A stretch of 64,000 nt of DNA. It comes from Squalus acanthias. Taxonomy: Eukaryota. Shown here one piece after another: positions 12,960-27,233 of this stretch; the stretch's first letter is position 1, and each line of letters opens with the position of its first letter. The notes under the pieces were generated by a model. It was given only the letters and a program-made list of their open reading frames with translations. It had not been told where the DNA came from and searched no databases. The stretch is taken from NCBI GenBank assembly GCA_030390025.1, contig CM059431.1:157730001-157794000 (forward strand), given 5' to 3'. A program made the position numbers and the translations under genes.

Positions 12960-15900
12960 ACACAATACCTGCCCTGGACCTGACACACTTACAGTGGACG
13001 TCCTGTAGATTTACAATCTCTTTCTCTCCAAGAGCTCACAGTACCCCAGATAACCTGACCAGGACCTGACACATTAACGATGGAACTTCTGTCCATTCAC
13101 AGTCTGTCCCTCTCCCAGTACGCACACTACCCCAGATAACCTGCCCAAGGACCTGAAACACTAACTGTGGAACTTCTGTCCATTCACAGTCTGTCTCTCT
13201 CCAAGAGCCCACACTACCCCAGATAACCTGACCAGGACCTGACACATTAACGATGGAACTTCTGTCCATTTAAAGTCTGTCCCTCTCCCAGTACGCACAC
13301 TAACCCAGATAACCTGTCCAAGGACCTGAAACACTAACTGTGGAAGTTCTGTCCATTCACAGTCTATCCCTCTCCCAGTGCCCACACTAACACAGATTAT
13401 ATGCCCAAAGTCTGACACACTGAAGCTGGAACTTCTGCTCATTCGCAGTCTGTCCCGCTCCCAGAGCCCACACTACCCCAGATAACCTGCCAAGACCTGA
13501 CACAATAACGGTGGAACTTCTGTACAGTCAGCCTGTCCCTCTCCCAGTGAACACACTACCCCAGATAACCTGCCCAAGACCTGAAACATTAACGGTGGAA
13601 CTTCTGTCCATTTACAGTCTGTCCCTCTCCCAGTACGCACACTACCCCAGATAAACTGCACAAGGACCTGAAACACTTACTGTGGAACTTCTGTCCATTC
13701 ACAGTCTGTCCCTCTCCCAGTGCCCACACTAACCCAAATAATATGCCCAAAGTCTGACACACTAAAGGTGGAACTTCTGTCCATTCGCAGTCTGTCCCTC
13801 TCCCAGTGCCCACACAACCCCAGATAACCTGCCAAGACCTGACACAGTAACGGTGGAACTTCTGTACAGTCAGTCTGTCCGTCTCCCAGTGAACACACTA
13901 CCCCAGATAACCTGCCTAAGACTTGACACATTAACGGTGGAACTTAACATAGAACATAGAACATAGAACAGTACAGCACAGTACAGGCCCTTCGGCCCTC
14001 GATGTTGTGCCGAGCATTGTCCGAGACCAAGATCAAGCTATCACACTCCCTATCACTCTGGTGTGCTCCATGTGCTTATCCAATAACCGCTTGAAAGTTC
14101 CTAAAGTGTCCGACTCCACTATTACAGCAGGCAGTCCATTCCACACCCCAACCACTCTCTGAGTAAAGAATCTACCTCGGACATCCCTTCTATATCTCCC
14201 CCCATGCACCTTATAGTTATGCCCCCTTGTAACAGCTGCCTCTACCCGAGGAAATAGTCTCTGAACATCCACTCTATCTATCCCCCTCATCATCTTATAA
14301 ACCTCTATTAAGTCGCCTCTCATCCTCCTCCGCTCTAAAGAGAAAAGCCACAACTCCCTCAATCTTTCCTCATAAGACCTCCCCCTCAAACCAGGCAGCA
14401 TCCTGGTAAATCTCCTTTGCACTCTTTCCAATGCTTCTACGTCCTTCCTATAGTGAGGTGACCAGAACTGCACACAATATTCCAAATGTGGTCTCACCAA
14501 GGTCCTGTACAGTTGCAGCATAACCTCACGGTTCTTAAACTGAAACCCTCTGTTAATAAACGCCAACACACCATAGGCCTTCTTTACTGCTCTATCCACT
14601 TGAGTGGCAACCTTCAGAGATCTGTGGATATGAACCCCCAGATCCCTCTGCTCCTCCACGTTCCTCAGAACCCTGCCGTTGACCCTGTAATCCTTATTCA
14701 AATTTGCCCTACCAAAATGAATCACCTCGCACTTATCAGGGTTAAATTCCATCTGCCATTTTTCGGCCCAGCTCTGCATCCTATCAATGTCTCTTTGCAG
14801 CCTACAACTGCCCTCCACCTCATCCACTACTCCACCAATCTTGGTGTCATCAGCAAATTTACTGATCCACCCTTCAGTCCCCTCCTTCAAGTCATTGATA
14901 AAAATCACAAACAGCAGAGGACCCAGCACCGACCCCTGTGGCACACCGCTGGTAACTGGTCTCCAGTCCGAAAATGTTCCATCCACCACCACCCTCTGCC
15001 TTCTATGAGATAGCCAGTTACTTATCCAATCGGCCAAATTCCCCTCTATCCCACAACTCCTTACTTTCTTCATGAGACGCCATGGGGAACCTTATCAAAC
15101 GCCTTACTAAAATCCATGTATACGACATCAACTGCTCTACCTTCATCTAGACACTTAGTTACCTCCTCAAAGAATTCAATCAAATTTGTTAGGCAAGACT
15201 TACCCTTCACGAATCCGTGTTGACTATCCCTGATTAAGTTGCCCCTTTCCAAATGGTCATAAATCCTATCCCTCAGGACCTTTTCCATTATCTGTCCATT
15301 TACAGTCTGTCCCTCTCCCAGTGCCCACACTAACCCAGATAATATGCCCAAAGTCTGACACACTGAAGGTGGAACTTCTGTCCATTCGCAGTCTGTCCCT
15401 CTCCCAGTGCCCACACTACCCCAGATAACCTGCCATGACCTGACACAGTAACGCTGGAACTTCTGTCCATTTACAGTCTGTCCCTCTCCCAGTACGCACA
15501 CTACCCCAGATAACCTGCCCAAGGACCTGAAACACTAACTGTGGAACTTCTGTCCATTTACAGTCTGTCCCTCTCCCAGTGCCCACACTAACCCAGATAA
15601 TATGCCCAAAGTCTTACACACTAAAGGTGGAACTTGTGTCCATTCGCAGTCTGTCCCTCTCCCAGTGCCCACACTACCCCAGATAACCTGCCAAGACCTG
15701 ACACAGTAACGGTGGAACTACTGTCCATTTACAGTCTGTCCCTCTCCCAGTACGCACACTACCCCAGATAACCTGCCCAAGGACCTGAAACACTAACTGT
15801 GGAACTTCTGTCCATTCACAGTCTGTCACTCTCCCAGTGCCCACACTACCCCAGATAACCTGCCAAGAATCTGACACAGTAGCGGTGGAACTTCTGTACA

Positions 15901-16405
15901 GTCAGTCTGTCCCTCTCCAAGTGAACACACTACCTCGGATAACCTGCCCAAGGCCTGACACATTAAAGGTGGAACTTCTTTCCATTTAGAGTGTGTCCCT
16001 CTCCCAGTACGCACACTACCCCAGATAACTTGCACAAGGACATGAAACACTAACTGTGGAACTTCTGTCCATTCACAATCTGTCCCTCTCCCAGTGCCCA
16101 CACTAATCCAGATAATATGCCCAAAGTCTGACACACTAAAGGTGGAACTTCTGTCCATTCGCAGTCTGTCCCTCTCCCAGTGCTCACATTACCCCAGATA
16201 AACTACCCAAGGACCTGAAACACTAACTGTGGAACTTCTGTCCATTCACAATCTGTCCCTCTCCCAGTGCCCACACTACCCCAGATAACCTGCCCAGGAC
16301 CTGACACACTAGCGGTGGAACTTCTGTACATTCACAGTCTGTCCCTCTCCCAGTGCCCACACTACCCCAGATAACCTGCCCAGGACCTAACACACTAACG
16401 GTGGC
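12960..16405. repeat. ~85-87-bp minisatellite with higher-order variants, split by a CR1 insertion
   Basis: Unit cacactaccccagataacctgcccaaggacctgaaacactaactgtggaacttctgtccattcacagtctgtccctctcccagtgcc; arrays at 12960-13945 and 15291-16405. Confidence 0.95.
13946..15290 (-). mobile_element. Young 5'-truncated CR1 LINE (RT C-terminal half)
   Basis: ORF 14033-15073 with VPQGSVLGP, FADDTK and LVRPHLEYCVQFW; one frameshift near 15075; (ttctatg)n tail at 13946-13970. Confidence 0.96.
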
Positions 16406-16409
16406 TTCA

Positions 16410-19400
16410 CGTTGCATGGATGACTACATGCGCATTAAGTGTCACCAGCTGCAATGCCTCGAGCGACGGTTTACGAAGCTTGAGCGGCTACTGTAGTAAC
16501 TGTGCCGCATTCGCGAGGCTGTTAGCTACGTGGACAGCACGTTTAATGAGGTGGTCACCCCGCAGCCTAAGGGAGAGCAAATGGGTCACCACCAGACTGT
16601 AGAAGACCAGGCAGGCAGTGCAGGAGGCCCCGGAGGGCATCTCGCTCTCCAACCGGTATTCTATTCTGTGTACTGGTGGGGGCGATGGTCCCTATGAGGA
16701 GTGCAGTGAGAGCCAAGTCCTCGGCACCACGGGTGGCTCCGCTGCACAGCGGGGGAGGGGAGGAAAAATAGTGGAACAGTAATTGTGGTAGGGCATTCAA
16801 TAGTGAGGGGAGCAGACAGGTTTTCTGCGGCCGCAGGCGTGAAGGCTGTATGGTATGTTGCCTCACTGGTGCCAGGGTCAATGATGTCACCGAACGGCTG
16901 CAGAGCATTCTGGGGGGAGGGGGTGAACAGACAGATGCCTTGCTCCATATCGAAACAATGACATAGTTAGAAAGAGGGTTGAGGTTCTGCAGGCAGAGTT
17001 TTGGGAGCTATGAGACAGATTAAAAAACAAGACCTCAAAGGTAGTAATCTCCGGATTACTCCCGGTGCCACGTGCTAGTGAGTCCAGAAATAGGAGGATA
17101 GAGCAGATGAATGCATGGCTGGAAGGATGGTGCAGGAGGGAGGGCTTTAGATTCCTGAAGCATTGGGACCGTTTCTGGGGGAGGTGGGACCTGTACAAGC
17201 CGGATGGGTTGCTCCTCGGCAGGGCTGGGACCATTATCCTCGCGGGGGGCGCGGGGAGCTTGCTAATGCTGTTGGGGAGGGATTAAACTAGCTTGGCAGG
17301 GGGATGGGAACCTAAGAATAGAGTCAGTACGAGGGAAGAAAAACTGTAATTGGAAAACAAAAACGTAGAAATTAAATTGGAAGGAAAGAGGAATCAAGGG
17401 CTAGATAGTAGTCAACAAGGAGGTGTGCCTGTACTAAATGGTATATTCTTCAAGGCAAGGAATATAGCGGTCAAGGCAGATGAGCTGAGGGCACAGGTAG
17501 ATAATTGGGACTATGATATTATAGCTAATACAGAGACGTGGCTGAAAGACGGGCAGGTAAGGCAGTTCAACATTCTTGGTTACTGGATTTTCAGTCGGGA
17601 TATAGAGAGAGGTAAAAAGAGAGAGGGGGTCGCGGTATTGATTAAATAAACTATTACAACTGTGAGGAGGGTTGATATGTTGAACGGATCATCAAACGAG
17701 GCTATATGGGTTAGAAACAAAAAAGGGGCGATCAAACTGCTGGGAGTGTATTGTAGACCCCCAAACAGTAAGAGGGAGATAGAAGAGCAAATATGTAGAC
17801 ACATTTCTGCGAAGTGCACAAACTGTAGGTAAGTAATAGTAGGGGATTTAAACTACCCCAATATTAAATGGGATAAAATTAGTGTGAAGGCTATAGAGGG
17901 TGCGGAATTCCTAAAATGCATCCAGGTGAACTTTTTTAGCCAGTATGTAGCAAGCCCAACAAGGGAGGGGGCAGTTCTGGACTTAGTTTTAGGGAATGAA
18001 GCTGGGAAGGTCGAAGGCGTATCAGTGGGGAAGCATTTTGGTGCTAGTTACCAAAGTTCAGTTAGATTTAAGGTAATTATGGAAAAAGGACATGGATAGA
18101 CCAGGAATAAAAATTCTAAATTGGGGGAAAAGCAAATTTTGCTAAGCTCAGAGGGGATTTAGCCATAGTGGACTGGAAACAGCTACTTGAAGGTAAATCC
18201 GTGTCAGAGCAGTGGGAGGCATTCAAGGAGGAGATCTGGAGGGTTCAGAGCAAACATGTGCACTTAAAGAAAAAAGGTGGGAATAACAAATCTAGATGTC
18301 TAGGGACATACAGGGTAGGATAAAGAAAGAAAGGGAGGCGCTTGACAGATACCAAGGGCTAAATACTGCAGAATCTTTAGAGGTGTGCAGACAATATAGG
18401 GGTGCAATTAAAAAGGAAATTAGGAAAGTAAAGAGAGAGCATGAAAAATTCTTGGCAAGTAAAATCCAGGATAACCCAAAGATGTTTTATAAATATATTA
18501 AGAGTAAACGGTTAACTAAAGAAAGAGTGGGGCCTATTAGAGATCATGAGTGTAATGTGTGTGTGGAGGCCGGAGATGTCTGTAAGGTGCTTAATGAATA
18601 CTTTGCGTCTGTTTCCACAAAGGAGAGGGGCGAAGCAGACATTGCTATCAGGGAGGAGGAGTGTGAAATATTAAATGAAATAAACATAGTGATAGAGGAA
18701 GTATTAAGGGGTTTAGCATCTCTAAAAGTGGATAAATCCCCAGGCCCGGATGAAATGTATCACAGGCTGTTGAGCGAAGAAAAAGAGGAAATAGCAGAGG
18801 CCCTGACCATCATTTTCCAATCCTCTCTGGCTTCAGCTGTGGTGCCGGAGGAATGGGGGACTGCTAACGTGGTACCGTTGTTTATAAAGGGAGAAAAGGA
18901 TAGACCGAGTAATTAGAGGGCAGTCAGCATAACCTCGGTAGTGGGAATATTATTGGAAATAATTCTGAAGGACAGGATAAATCTTCATTCAGAATGACAC
19001 GGTTTCATCAAGGATAGTCAGCACGGATTTGTTAAGGGAAGGTCGTGCCTGACGATAATAACAGAAAATGCTGGAAACACTCAGCAGGCCAGGCAGCATC
19101 CGTGGAGAGAGAAACAGAGTTAACGTTTTAGTTCTGGGACCCTTCATCAGAACTGGAAAAAGCTGGAGATGTAACAGATATTAAGCAGGTGCAGAGACCT
19201 GAAACGTTAACTCTGTTTCTCTCTCCACGGATGCTGACTGGCCTGCTGAGTATTTCCAGCATTTTCTGTTGTTATTTCAGATTTCCAGCATCCGTAGTTT
19301 TTTGCTATTGTGTCCTGTCTGACGAACTTGATTGCATTTTTTGCGGAGGTAACAAGGAGGGTAGATGAGGGTAGTTCGTTTGATGTAGTGTATATGGACT

Positions 19401-20556
19401 TTAGCAAGGCTTTTGATAAGGTTCCACATGGCAGAATGGTCACGAGGTTAAAAGCCCAAGGGATCCATGGCAAACTGTCAAGTTGGATTCAAAACTGGCT
19501 TGGAGGCAGGAAGCAGAAGGTGATGTTTGATGGGTGTTTTTGGGACTGGAAGGTTGTTTCCAGTGGGGTTCTGCAGGGCTCACTATTAGGTCCCTTTCTT
19601 TTTGTGGTATATATCAATGATCTAGACTTGTATATAGGTGGTATGTTTAAGAAGCTTGCAGATGATACTAAAATCGGCTGTGTGGTTGATACTGAAGAAG
19701 GAAGCTGTAGACTGCAGGTAGATATAAATACATTGATCAGGTGGGCAGAACAACGGCAAATGGAATTCAATCCGGAGAAGTGTGAGGTAATGCATTTGGG
19801 GAGGGCTAACAAGGAAAGGGAATACACATTAAATTGTAGGACACTGAGTACTGTAGAGGAATAAAGGGACCTTGGAGTGCATGTCCACAGATCCCTGAAG
19901 GTAGCAGGCCAGGTAGATAAGGTGGTTAAGAAGGCATACTGAATGCTTGCCTTTATTAGCCGTGGCATAGAATACAAGAGCAGGGAGGTTATGCTTCAAC
20001 TGTATAAAGCAATAGTTAGGCCTCAGCTAGAGTCACGACATTACAGGAAAGATGTGATTGCACTAGAGGGTACAGAGGAGATTTACAAGGATGTTGCCGG
20101 GAGTAGAGAATCTTAGCTATGAGGAAAGACTGGATAGGCTGGGTTTGTTTTCCTTGGAACAGAGGAGGCTGAGGGGAGACCTTATTCAGTTGTATAAAAT
20201 TATGAGAGACCATGATAAAGTGGATAGAAAAGACATATTTCCCTTAGCAGAGGGGTCAAAAACCAGGGGGCACAGATTTAAAGTAATTGGTGGAAGATTT
20301 AGAGGGGATTAGAGAGGAAATTTCATCACCCAGAGGGTTGTGGGAGTTTGGAACACACTGCCTGAAAGTGTGGTAGAGACAGAAACCCTAACCACATTTA
20401 AAAAGTACTTGGATGTGCACTTGGAATGCTGTAACCTGCACGGCTACGGACCAAGAGCTGGGAAGTAGGATTAGGGTGAACAGCTCTTTGTTGGCCAGCA
20501 CAGACACGATGGGCCGAAATGGCCTCCTTCCGTGCTGTAACTTTCTATGATTCTAA
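16410..20556 (+). mobile_element. Near full-length decayed CR1 LINE (ORF1 SGNH esterase + ORF2 APE/RT)
   Basis: ORF1 remnant RIEQMNAWLEGWCRREGFRFLKHWDRFWGRWDLYKPDGL; APE 'YDIIANTETWL'; RT '[13 protein letters not shown]' and 'ADDTK'; multiple stops and frameshifts; tail ttctatgattct. Confidence 0.93.
19056..19315. mobile_element. Penelope-derived palindromic (inverted pLTR) mini-element nested in CR1
   Basis: Inverted arms aaaatgctggaaacactcagcagg.../...cctgctgagtatttccagcatttt; flanked by tgcctgacga (19046-19055) and tgtctgacga (19316-19325), a 10-bp TSD with 1 mismatch. Confidence 0.85.
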
Positions 20557-23055
20557 GAACATAGTCATAAAAACATAGAAAGATAGGAGCAGGAATAGGC
20601 CATTCGGCCCTTCGAGCCTGCTCCGCCATTCAATATGTCCATGGCTGATCCTTTATCTCAATACCATATTCCCGCTCTCTCCCCACACCCCTTGATGCCT
20701 TTTGTTTCTAGAAAACTATCTATCTCCTTCTTAAATATATTCAGTGACTTGGCCTCCACAGACATCTGTGTTAGCGAATTACACAGGTCCTCCACCCTCT
20801 GAGTGAAGACATTTCTCCTAATCTCAGTCCTAAATGTCCTACGCCGTATCCTGAGATTGTTTCCCCTCGTTCTAGACCCCCCAGCAAGGGGAAACATCCA
20901 CCCTGCATCCAGTCTGTCTAGTCCTGTCAGAATTTTAGACGTTTCAATGAAATCCCCTCTCATTCTTCTAAACTCTAGTGAATACAGGCCTTGTCGACCC
21001 AATCTCTCCTCATACGACAGTCCTTCCATCCCAGGAATCAGCCTGGTGAACCTTCGCTGCACTCCCTCTATGGCAAGTATAGCCTTTCTTAGGTAAGGAG
21101 ACCAAAACTGCACACAGTTATCCAGGTGTGATCTTACCAAAGCCCTGCACAACTGCAGTAAGACATCCTTGATCCTGTACTCAAATCCTCTTGCAATGAA
21201 GGCCAACATACCATTTGCCTTCCTAACTGCTTGCTGCATGTGCATGTTTGCTTACAATGACTGGTGTACAAGGACACGCAAGTCCCTTTTGTACATCAGC
21301 ATTTACCAATCTATCACCATTTAAATAGTACTCTACCTTTCTGTTTTTCCTACCAAAGTGGATAACTTCCCATTTATCCACGTAATACTGCATCTGTCAT
21401 GTATTTGCCCACTCACTAGACTTGTCTATTCGCCTTGAAGCCTCTTTGCATCCTCCTCACAACTCACAATCCCACCTAGTTTCGTGTCGTCTGCAAACTT
21501 GGAAATATTACATTTGGTTCCCTCATCCAAATCATTGATATATATTGTGAATAGTTGGGGCCAAAGCACTGATCCCTGCGGTACCCCACTTGCCACCGCC
21601 TGCCACCCCGAAAAAGACCCATTTATTCCTACTCTCTGTTTCCTGCCTGTTAACAAATTTTCAATCCATGGCATATCACTCCCAATCCCATGTGCTTTAA
21701 TTTTTCACACTAATCTCTTATATGGGACTTTATCAAAGGCCTTCTGAAAATCCAAATACCGCACATCCACTGGTTCTCCCTTATCTATTCTACCAGCTCA
21801 AAAAAACTCCAGTAGGTTTGTGAAAGACGATTTCCCTTTCATAAATCCATGTTGACTTTCTCTAATCATGTTGCTATTTTATAAGTGTCCTGTTATGACA
21901 TCCTTTATAATAGACTCTAGCATTTTCCCTACTACTGATGTTAGGCTAACCGGTCTGTTGTTCCCTGTTTTCTCTCTCCCTCCTTTTTTAAGTAGTGGGG
22001 TTACATTTGCCACCCTCCAATCTGCATGAACTGTTCCATAATCTATAGAATTTTGGAAGATGACAACCGATGCATCCACTATTTCCATTTATTACTCTGG
22101 GATGCAGATTATCAGGTCTTGGGGATTTATCAGCCTTCAGTCCCATTAATTTTTCCAGCACAATTTTTTTACTAATACTAATTTCCTTTAATTCCTCCTT
22201 CTCACTAGACCCTTGGTTCCGTAGCATTTCTGGGAAGTTATTTGTGTCCTCTTCCGTGAAGACAGAACCAAAGTATTTGTGTAATTGCTCTGCCATTTCC
22301 TTGTCCCTCATTATAAATTCTCCCGTTTCTGACTGTAAGGGACCTACATTTGACTTCACGAATCTTTTTCTTTTTACATATTTGTAGAACCTTTTACAAT
22401 CCGCTTTAATGTTCCTTGCAAGTTTAGTCTCATACTCTATTTTTCCCCTCTTAATCAATCTCTTGGTCCTTTTTTGCTGAACTCTAAACTGCTCCCAATC
22501 CTCAGGCTTGCTACTTTAACTGGCAACTTTATATGACTCCTCTTTGGATCTAATACTATACTTAATTTATTTTGTCAGCCATGATTGGGCCGCTTTTCCT
22601 TTTGTTTTTTTGCGCCAAAAAGGAATGTATAACTGTTGCAATTCATGCATTCGTTCCTTAAACGTTAGCCATTGCCAACCACCGTCATGCCTTTTAATGA
22701 AGCTCCCCAATCTATCATAGCCAACTCACTCCTCATACCATCATAGATTCCTTTGTTTAATTTTAGGACCGTAGTTTCGGATTGGACTTCTTCACTTTCC
22801 ATTTTAATGAAGAATTCTATCATGTTATGTTCACTCTTCCCTAAAGGACTCTTCAGAACAAGATAATTAATTAACATCTTCTCATTGCACAATATCCAAT
22901 CTAGGATAGCCTATTCCCGAGTTGTTCCTCTAAGTACTTGTCTAAAAAACCATCTCGTACACACTCCAGCAATTCATCCTCCACAGTATTATTGCTAATT
23001 TGGTTTGGCCAGTCTACATGTAGATTAAAGTCACCCATGATTACTGTAGTACAGG
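20557..23055 (-). mobile_element. Decayed CR1 LINE ORF2, tail-to-tail with the preceding CR1
   Basis: Minus-strand ORFs 20658-21245, 21426-21674, 21988-22458 and 22665-22892 carry CR1 RT/APE motifs; catagaa tail at ~20560-20580. Confidence 0.93.
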
Positions 23056-23335
23056 TTAAGGCTGTATAGTATTAGCCATAGGAGAAAATATCACCTTCAT
23101 AGAAATCTCCATGTTCAGTAAATATTAGAATCAAATGAGGATTAGAACGTTTTCTGGGCCATTGCTCACTTTCAAGTGAGGTTTCCATTAACTGAGTTTA
23201 ATTTCTCACGCATATCTATTGAAGCTGTGAATTAAATCTTGCAATATTTCAATGAATAGTGAAATGGTATTGAGAAGTTGTTTTATGTCAATTCAACTAA
23301 CATTGAGAACCACTTCTTCTCTGTTCTAATTGCAG

Positions 23336-25073
23336 ATGTTCAACAGAAACACAAGGATACACTTCGGGTACAAACTGAAACACTGAGAGTGAACACTATC
23401 CTAATAAAGGAGAAGGTTAAGGTTTTCCAGCTGGTTGATCGATACGCTGAGCTAACGGTCATTTCTACTGTTCGAGATCGGACACTTGTAGAACATGAAC
23501 TGCTGGCAAGAGGCCGAGACCATGAAGAGTGGAGAGAGAAACATCTCCGGAGAGAACTGGAAAAAATCCGAACTGATCAATTATTCCACAGCAGTTTTTC
23601 CCATAGAAAATCCAAATCTGGGAGTTCAGGAGCAGTGAGTGGAGTCCCGGGGATTGGAAAAACAACAATGGTACAAAAGATTGTTCATGACTGGGCCACT
23701 GGGAAAATATACCCAGACTTTCAATTTGTTTTCAGTTTTAAATTCCGGGATTTGAACGCTATTAACTGTAGAATAAACCTGAGGAATCTGATACTGGATC
23801 TGTATCCTTACTTTGGGAATATTCTGAGAGAGCTCTGGAAGAACCCAGAGAGATTGCTGTTTATATTCGATGGTTTGGATGAATTCAATGACCGGATCGA
23901 TTTTGCTGACAATCGGAGAAATACAGAACCTCAGCACATTTGCACAGATCCCGAAGACTGGTGTGAAGTGTCTGACATTGTATGCAGTTTAATACAGCAC
24001 AAGCTGCTCCCAGGATGTTCCGTGCTAGTGACCAGCCGCCCCACATCATTACATTTATTGGAAAAGGCTGAGATCAGTGTCTGGGCTGAAATCCTGGGAT
24101 TTGTTGGTGAAGAAAGGAAGGAATATTTCAACAAGTTTTTTGAAGATCAGACGGTGGCAGCAGCTGTTTTCAAACATGTGGAGGAGAACGAGATCCTGTA
24201 CACCATGTGCTACAACCCTTCCTACTGCTGGATCCTCGGTCTGTCACTGGGTCCCTTCTTTATACAAAGAGACAGGAATCAGCAGCGAATCCCCAAGACC
24301 ATCACCCAACTATATTCCTACTATATTTACAACATTCTGAAAAACCATGGCCGAGAGATTGAAAGCCCCCGTGATGTGTTACTGAAGATTGGGGAGATGG
24401 CCTTCACAGGAGTCTCCGAGAAGAAGATTGTGTTCAGAAATGGAGATTTGATCAAATACAATCTGCAACCTTCACAGTTCCTGTCTGGGTTCATGATGGA
24501 ACTTTTGGAGAGAGATGATTCTGCCCAGAGCATGGTGTACACATTCCCGCACCTCACTATCCAAGAGTTTGTAGCCGCACTCGCACAATTCCTGACTCCA
24601 GATCCCGGTGACATCCAGAAGCTCCTCAGAGAATCCCACAGCAAGGAAGATGGACGATTTGAGATATTTCTCCGTTTTGTTGCTGGTCTCTCCTCCCCAC
24701 AGTCAGCTCGGCCCCTGGAGGAGTTTCTGGGTCAATTTATTCATCAAACCACCTGCCGAGTGATTGACTGGGTGAAGGAGAAGGTTGAAGGTCAGATTGG
24801 AAACACAGGGAGTGAAACTGGTAAAAGGAACCTCCTGAACACATTCCACTACCTGTTTGAGTCTCAGAATAAAGCACTGGCTCGGAACACAGTGGGATCT
24901 GTGGAAACACTTGGATTTAGTGGATTGAGGTTGACCCCGATTGACTGTGCGGTTCTGTCTCATGTTATTGGACTCTGTGATACAATAAAACACCTCAATC
25001 TAATGAACTGCTACATTGAGTGTGAAGGTCTCCAGCGGCTGGGACCCGTACTGCACAAATGCCGGGTGTTGAG
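23336..25073 (+). CDS. NLR gene large exon: FISNA-like segment + NACHT NTPase + HD1/WHD/HD2 + first LRR
   Basis: ttgcag|AT ... TTGAG|gtaact. Walker A GVPGIGKT, Walker B LLFIFDGLDE, sensor-1 VLVTSRP, WHD motif FPHLTIQEFVAA, HD2 FLRFVAGL. Open over 1738 bp (inside ORF 23278-25077). Confidence 0.97.
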
Positions 25074-25958
25074 GTAACTGTTTTTTTAACTGTAACTATT
25101 TGGAGAATTGTAGAACAGACACGGATTGTGTTGTTGCTCAGCAACGAAGGGAAACAAACAGTTAAGTTAAACCAGAGAGAAGCAGATTCAACACAAATAT
25201 GACCAATAATAAGAGGATCGGTTAGTAACTCCCTAAGGACTGGAGAATCTGGAAATGACCCTTGTGAACAAGTAGGGATTTTACAATCTCTATCGGATCA
25301 GCAAATAGAGATGACTGAGAGTCTGATAATTTAATTGCAATAAATCATATTTATTTCTGTTTTTCTCACTGCCTGAGATATGTCCATTGAAGAGGCTCCT
25401 TCTCACTGTTACTCACGTAGGCCGAGACTGACTGTAGCAGTCCGTGTGTATGAGCATCCCGCACTCTTCCCGAGGTGTAGAGGCAAGCGACAGTTACCGG
25501 ACTGTCAGCGGGTGTAGGAAAGGGAATGATTAATATAATGTAAGCAGTATAAAGAACAGGAAATCACTGCGTTATCATTTAATTCTGGAAAAATCGCCCC
25601 TTTATCTTAATATCCGGGATTTAAGGAGCAGCAGAAATGGGACAAATTTCCCCAAACATGACGGGGATCGGTCATTGAGCTCCAGGAGGGTAATTCTGAT
25701 CATCAGGGAATGAGACCTGACTCAGGAACATTTAAAGGCTTCACACAGACAACACTGTAGTTAATAAATTTATTTACTGACTGTCCCTGAATTTATGGGG
25801 CGTTGGAAAGAGTGGCATTCATTGTCAGTGACAGGAAAACCGGGTTATTAATTACCAAAAGGATTTTCAGTGTTTCCTGTAATATCCGAGAGAAAAAATT
25901 GTATCAGATCAGGTGTTTGATTGAATTTGTTTCTCACTCTCTGTCGGTTTATGTTTAG

Positions 25959-26045
25959 ACTGAGGGGCAATAAACTAGGAGATTCAGGAGTGAAAGTACT
26001 GTCTGCGGCTCTGAGGATCCCGGACTGTACAATAGAGGAACTGGA
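25959..26045 (+). CDS. NLR gene LRR exon (87 bp)
   Basis: gtttag|A ... CTGGA|gtaagt; LRGNKLGDSGVKVLSAALRIPDCTIEEL; RI-type LRR, phase 2 to 2. Confidence 0.93.
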
Positions 26046-26099
26046 GTAAGTATCAGATTGTGTGAGATTGTGTTTATAATAACTGGATGCCTGCCTCTG

Positions 26100-27020
26100 T
26101 ACATTATCATTAGTGCCAGTAATAGTTTTATTAATAAACTCAGTACGTTATTATTAGTATCAGTAAAAGTGTTATTAATAAACACTGAACAATATTATTA
26201 GTATCAGTAAAAGTGTATTAATAAACACTGAACATTATTATTAGTATCGGTAATTGTGTTATTAATAAATTCTGCAAATTATTATTAGAATCAGTAATAG
26301 TGTTATTAATAAACTCTGAACACTAGTTTAACTGTCAATAATAGTGTTTTTAATAAACCCTGAACACCATTATTACTGTCAGAAATTGTGTTATTAATAA
26401 ACTCTGAACACTATTATTAATATCAGTAATAGTGGTATTAATAAACTCTGAGCACTATTTTTACTGTCAATAATAGTATTATTAATAAACAGCGAACATT
26501 ATTATTAGTATCAGTAATAGTGTTATTAATACAATCAGCACATTATTATTCGTATCAGTAATAGTGTTATTAATAAACACTGTAGATTATTATTAATATC
26601 AGTAATAGTGTTACTAATAAACACTGAAAATTATTATTAGTATCAGTAACAGTTTTATTGATAAAGGCTGAACATTATTATTAGTGTCAGTAGCAGTGTT
26701 ATTAATAAACGCTGAACATTATTAGTTTCAGTAACAGTGTTATTAACAAACACTGTACATTATTATCAGTATCAGTAACAGAATTATTGATAAACACTGT
26801 ACATTATTATTAGTATCAGTAACAGTGTTATTAATAAACGCTGAACATTATTATTGGTATCAGTAACTGTGATATTATAAAACGCTGAACATTATTATTA
26901 GTTTCAGTAACAGTGTTATTAATAAACACTGTACATTATTATTAGTCTCAGTAACAGTATTATTAAAACACACTGTACATTATTATTAGTGTCAGTAATA
27001 GTGTTATTAATAAACACTGG
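26100..27020. repeat. AT-rich ~44-bp minisatellite, about 21 copies, in an LRR intron
   Basis: Unit taataaacactgaacattattattagtatcagtaatagtgttat. Confidence 0.93.
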
Positions 27021-27062
27021 ATATTTACACTGATTCCTGTTATTTCTCTTGCTGATCGCCAG

Positions 27063-27233
27063 TCTATGGGATGTCGGTCTCACAGATTCGTGTACCGGGA
27101 ATCTCGCCTCTGCTCTCAGTATAAACAGGTCACTGACGGTTCTGTACCTGGGGAACAATAAACTGAGAGATTCAGGAGCAAAACTGCTGTCTGCGTCTCT
27201 GAGGAAACCGGAGTGTAAGCTGCAGGAACTGTG
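27063..27233 (+). CDS. NLR gene LRR exon (171 bp)
   Basis: cgccag|T ... CTGTG|gtaagt; LWDVGLTDSCTGNLASALSINRSLTVLYLGNNKLRDSGAKLLSASLRKPECKLQEL; canonical 171-nt RI-type LRR exon. Confidence 0.95.

Noticed and set aside
12960..16405. CRISPR-like array appearance of the tandem repeats
   Set aside because: Units are contiguous with no unique spacers and no cas genes; eukaryotic context.
19118..19154. Hammerhead motif in the CR1-nested palindrome as an active ribozyme
   Set aside because: Core GAAA is mutated to AAAA and stem II is disrupted; kept only as a relic.
23278..23335. 5' extension of the 599-aa ORF as the NLR start
   Set aside because: Non-ATG start inside the intron's polypyrimidine tract; the exon begins at 23336.
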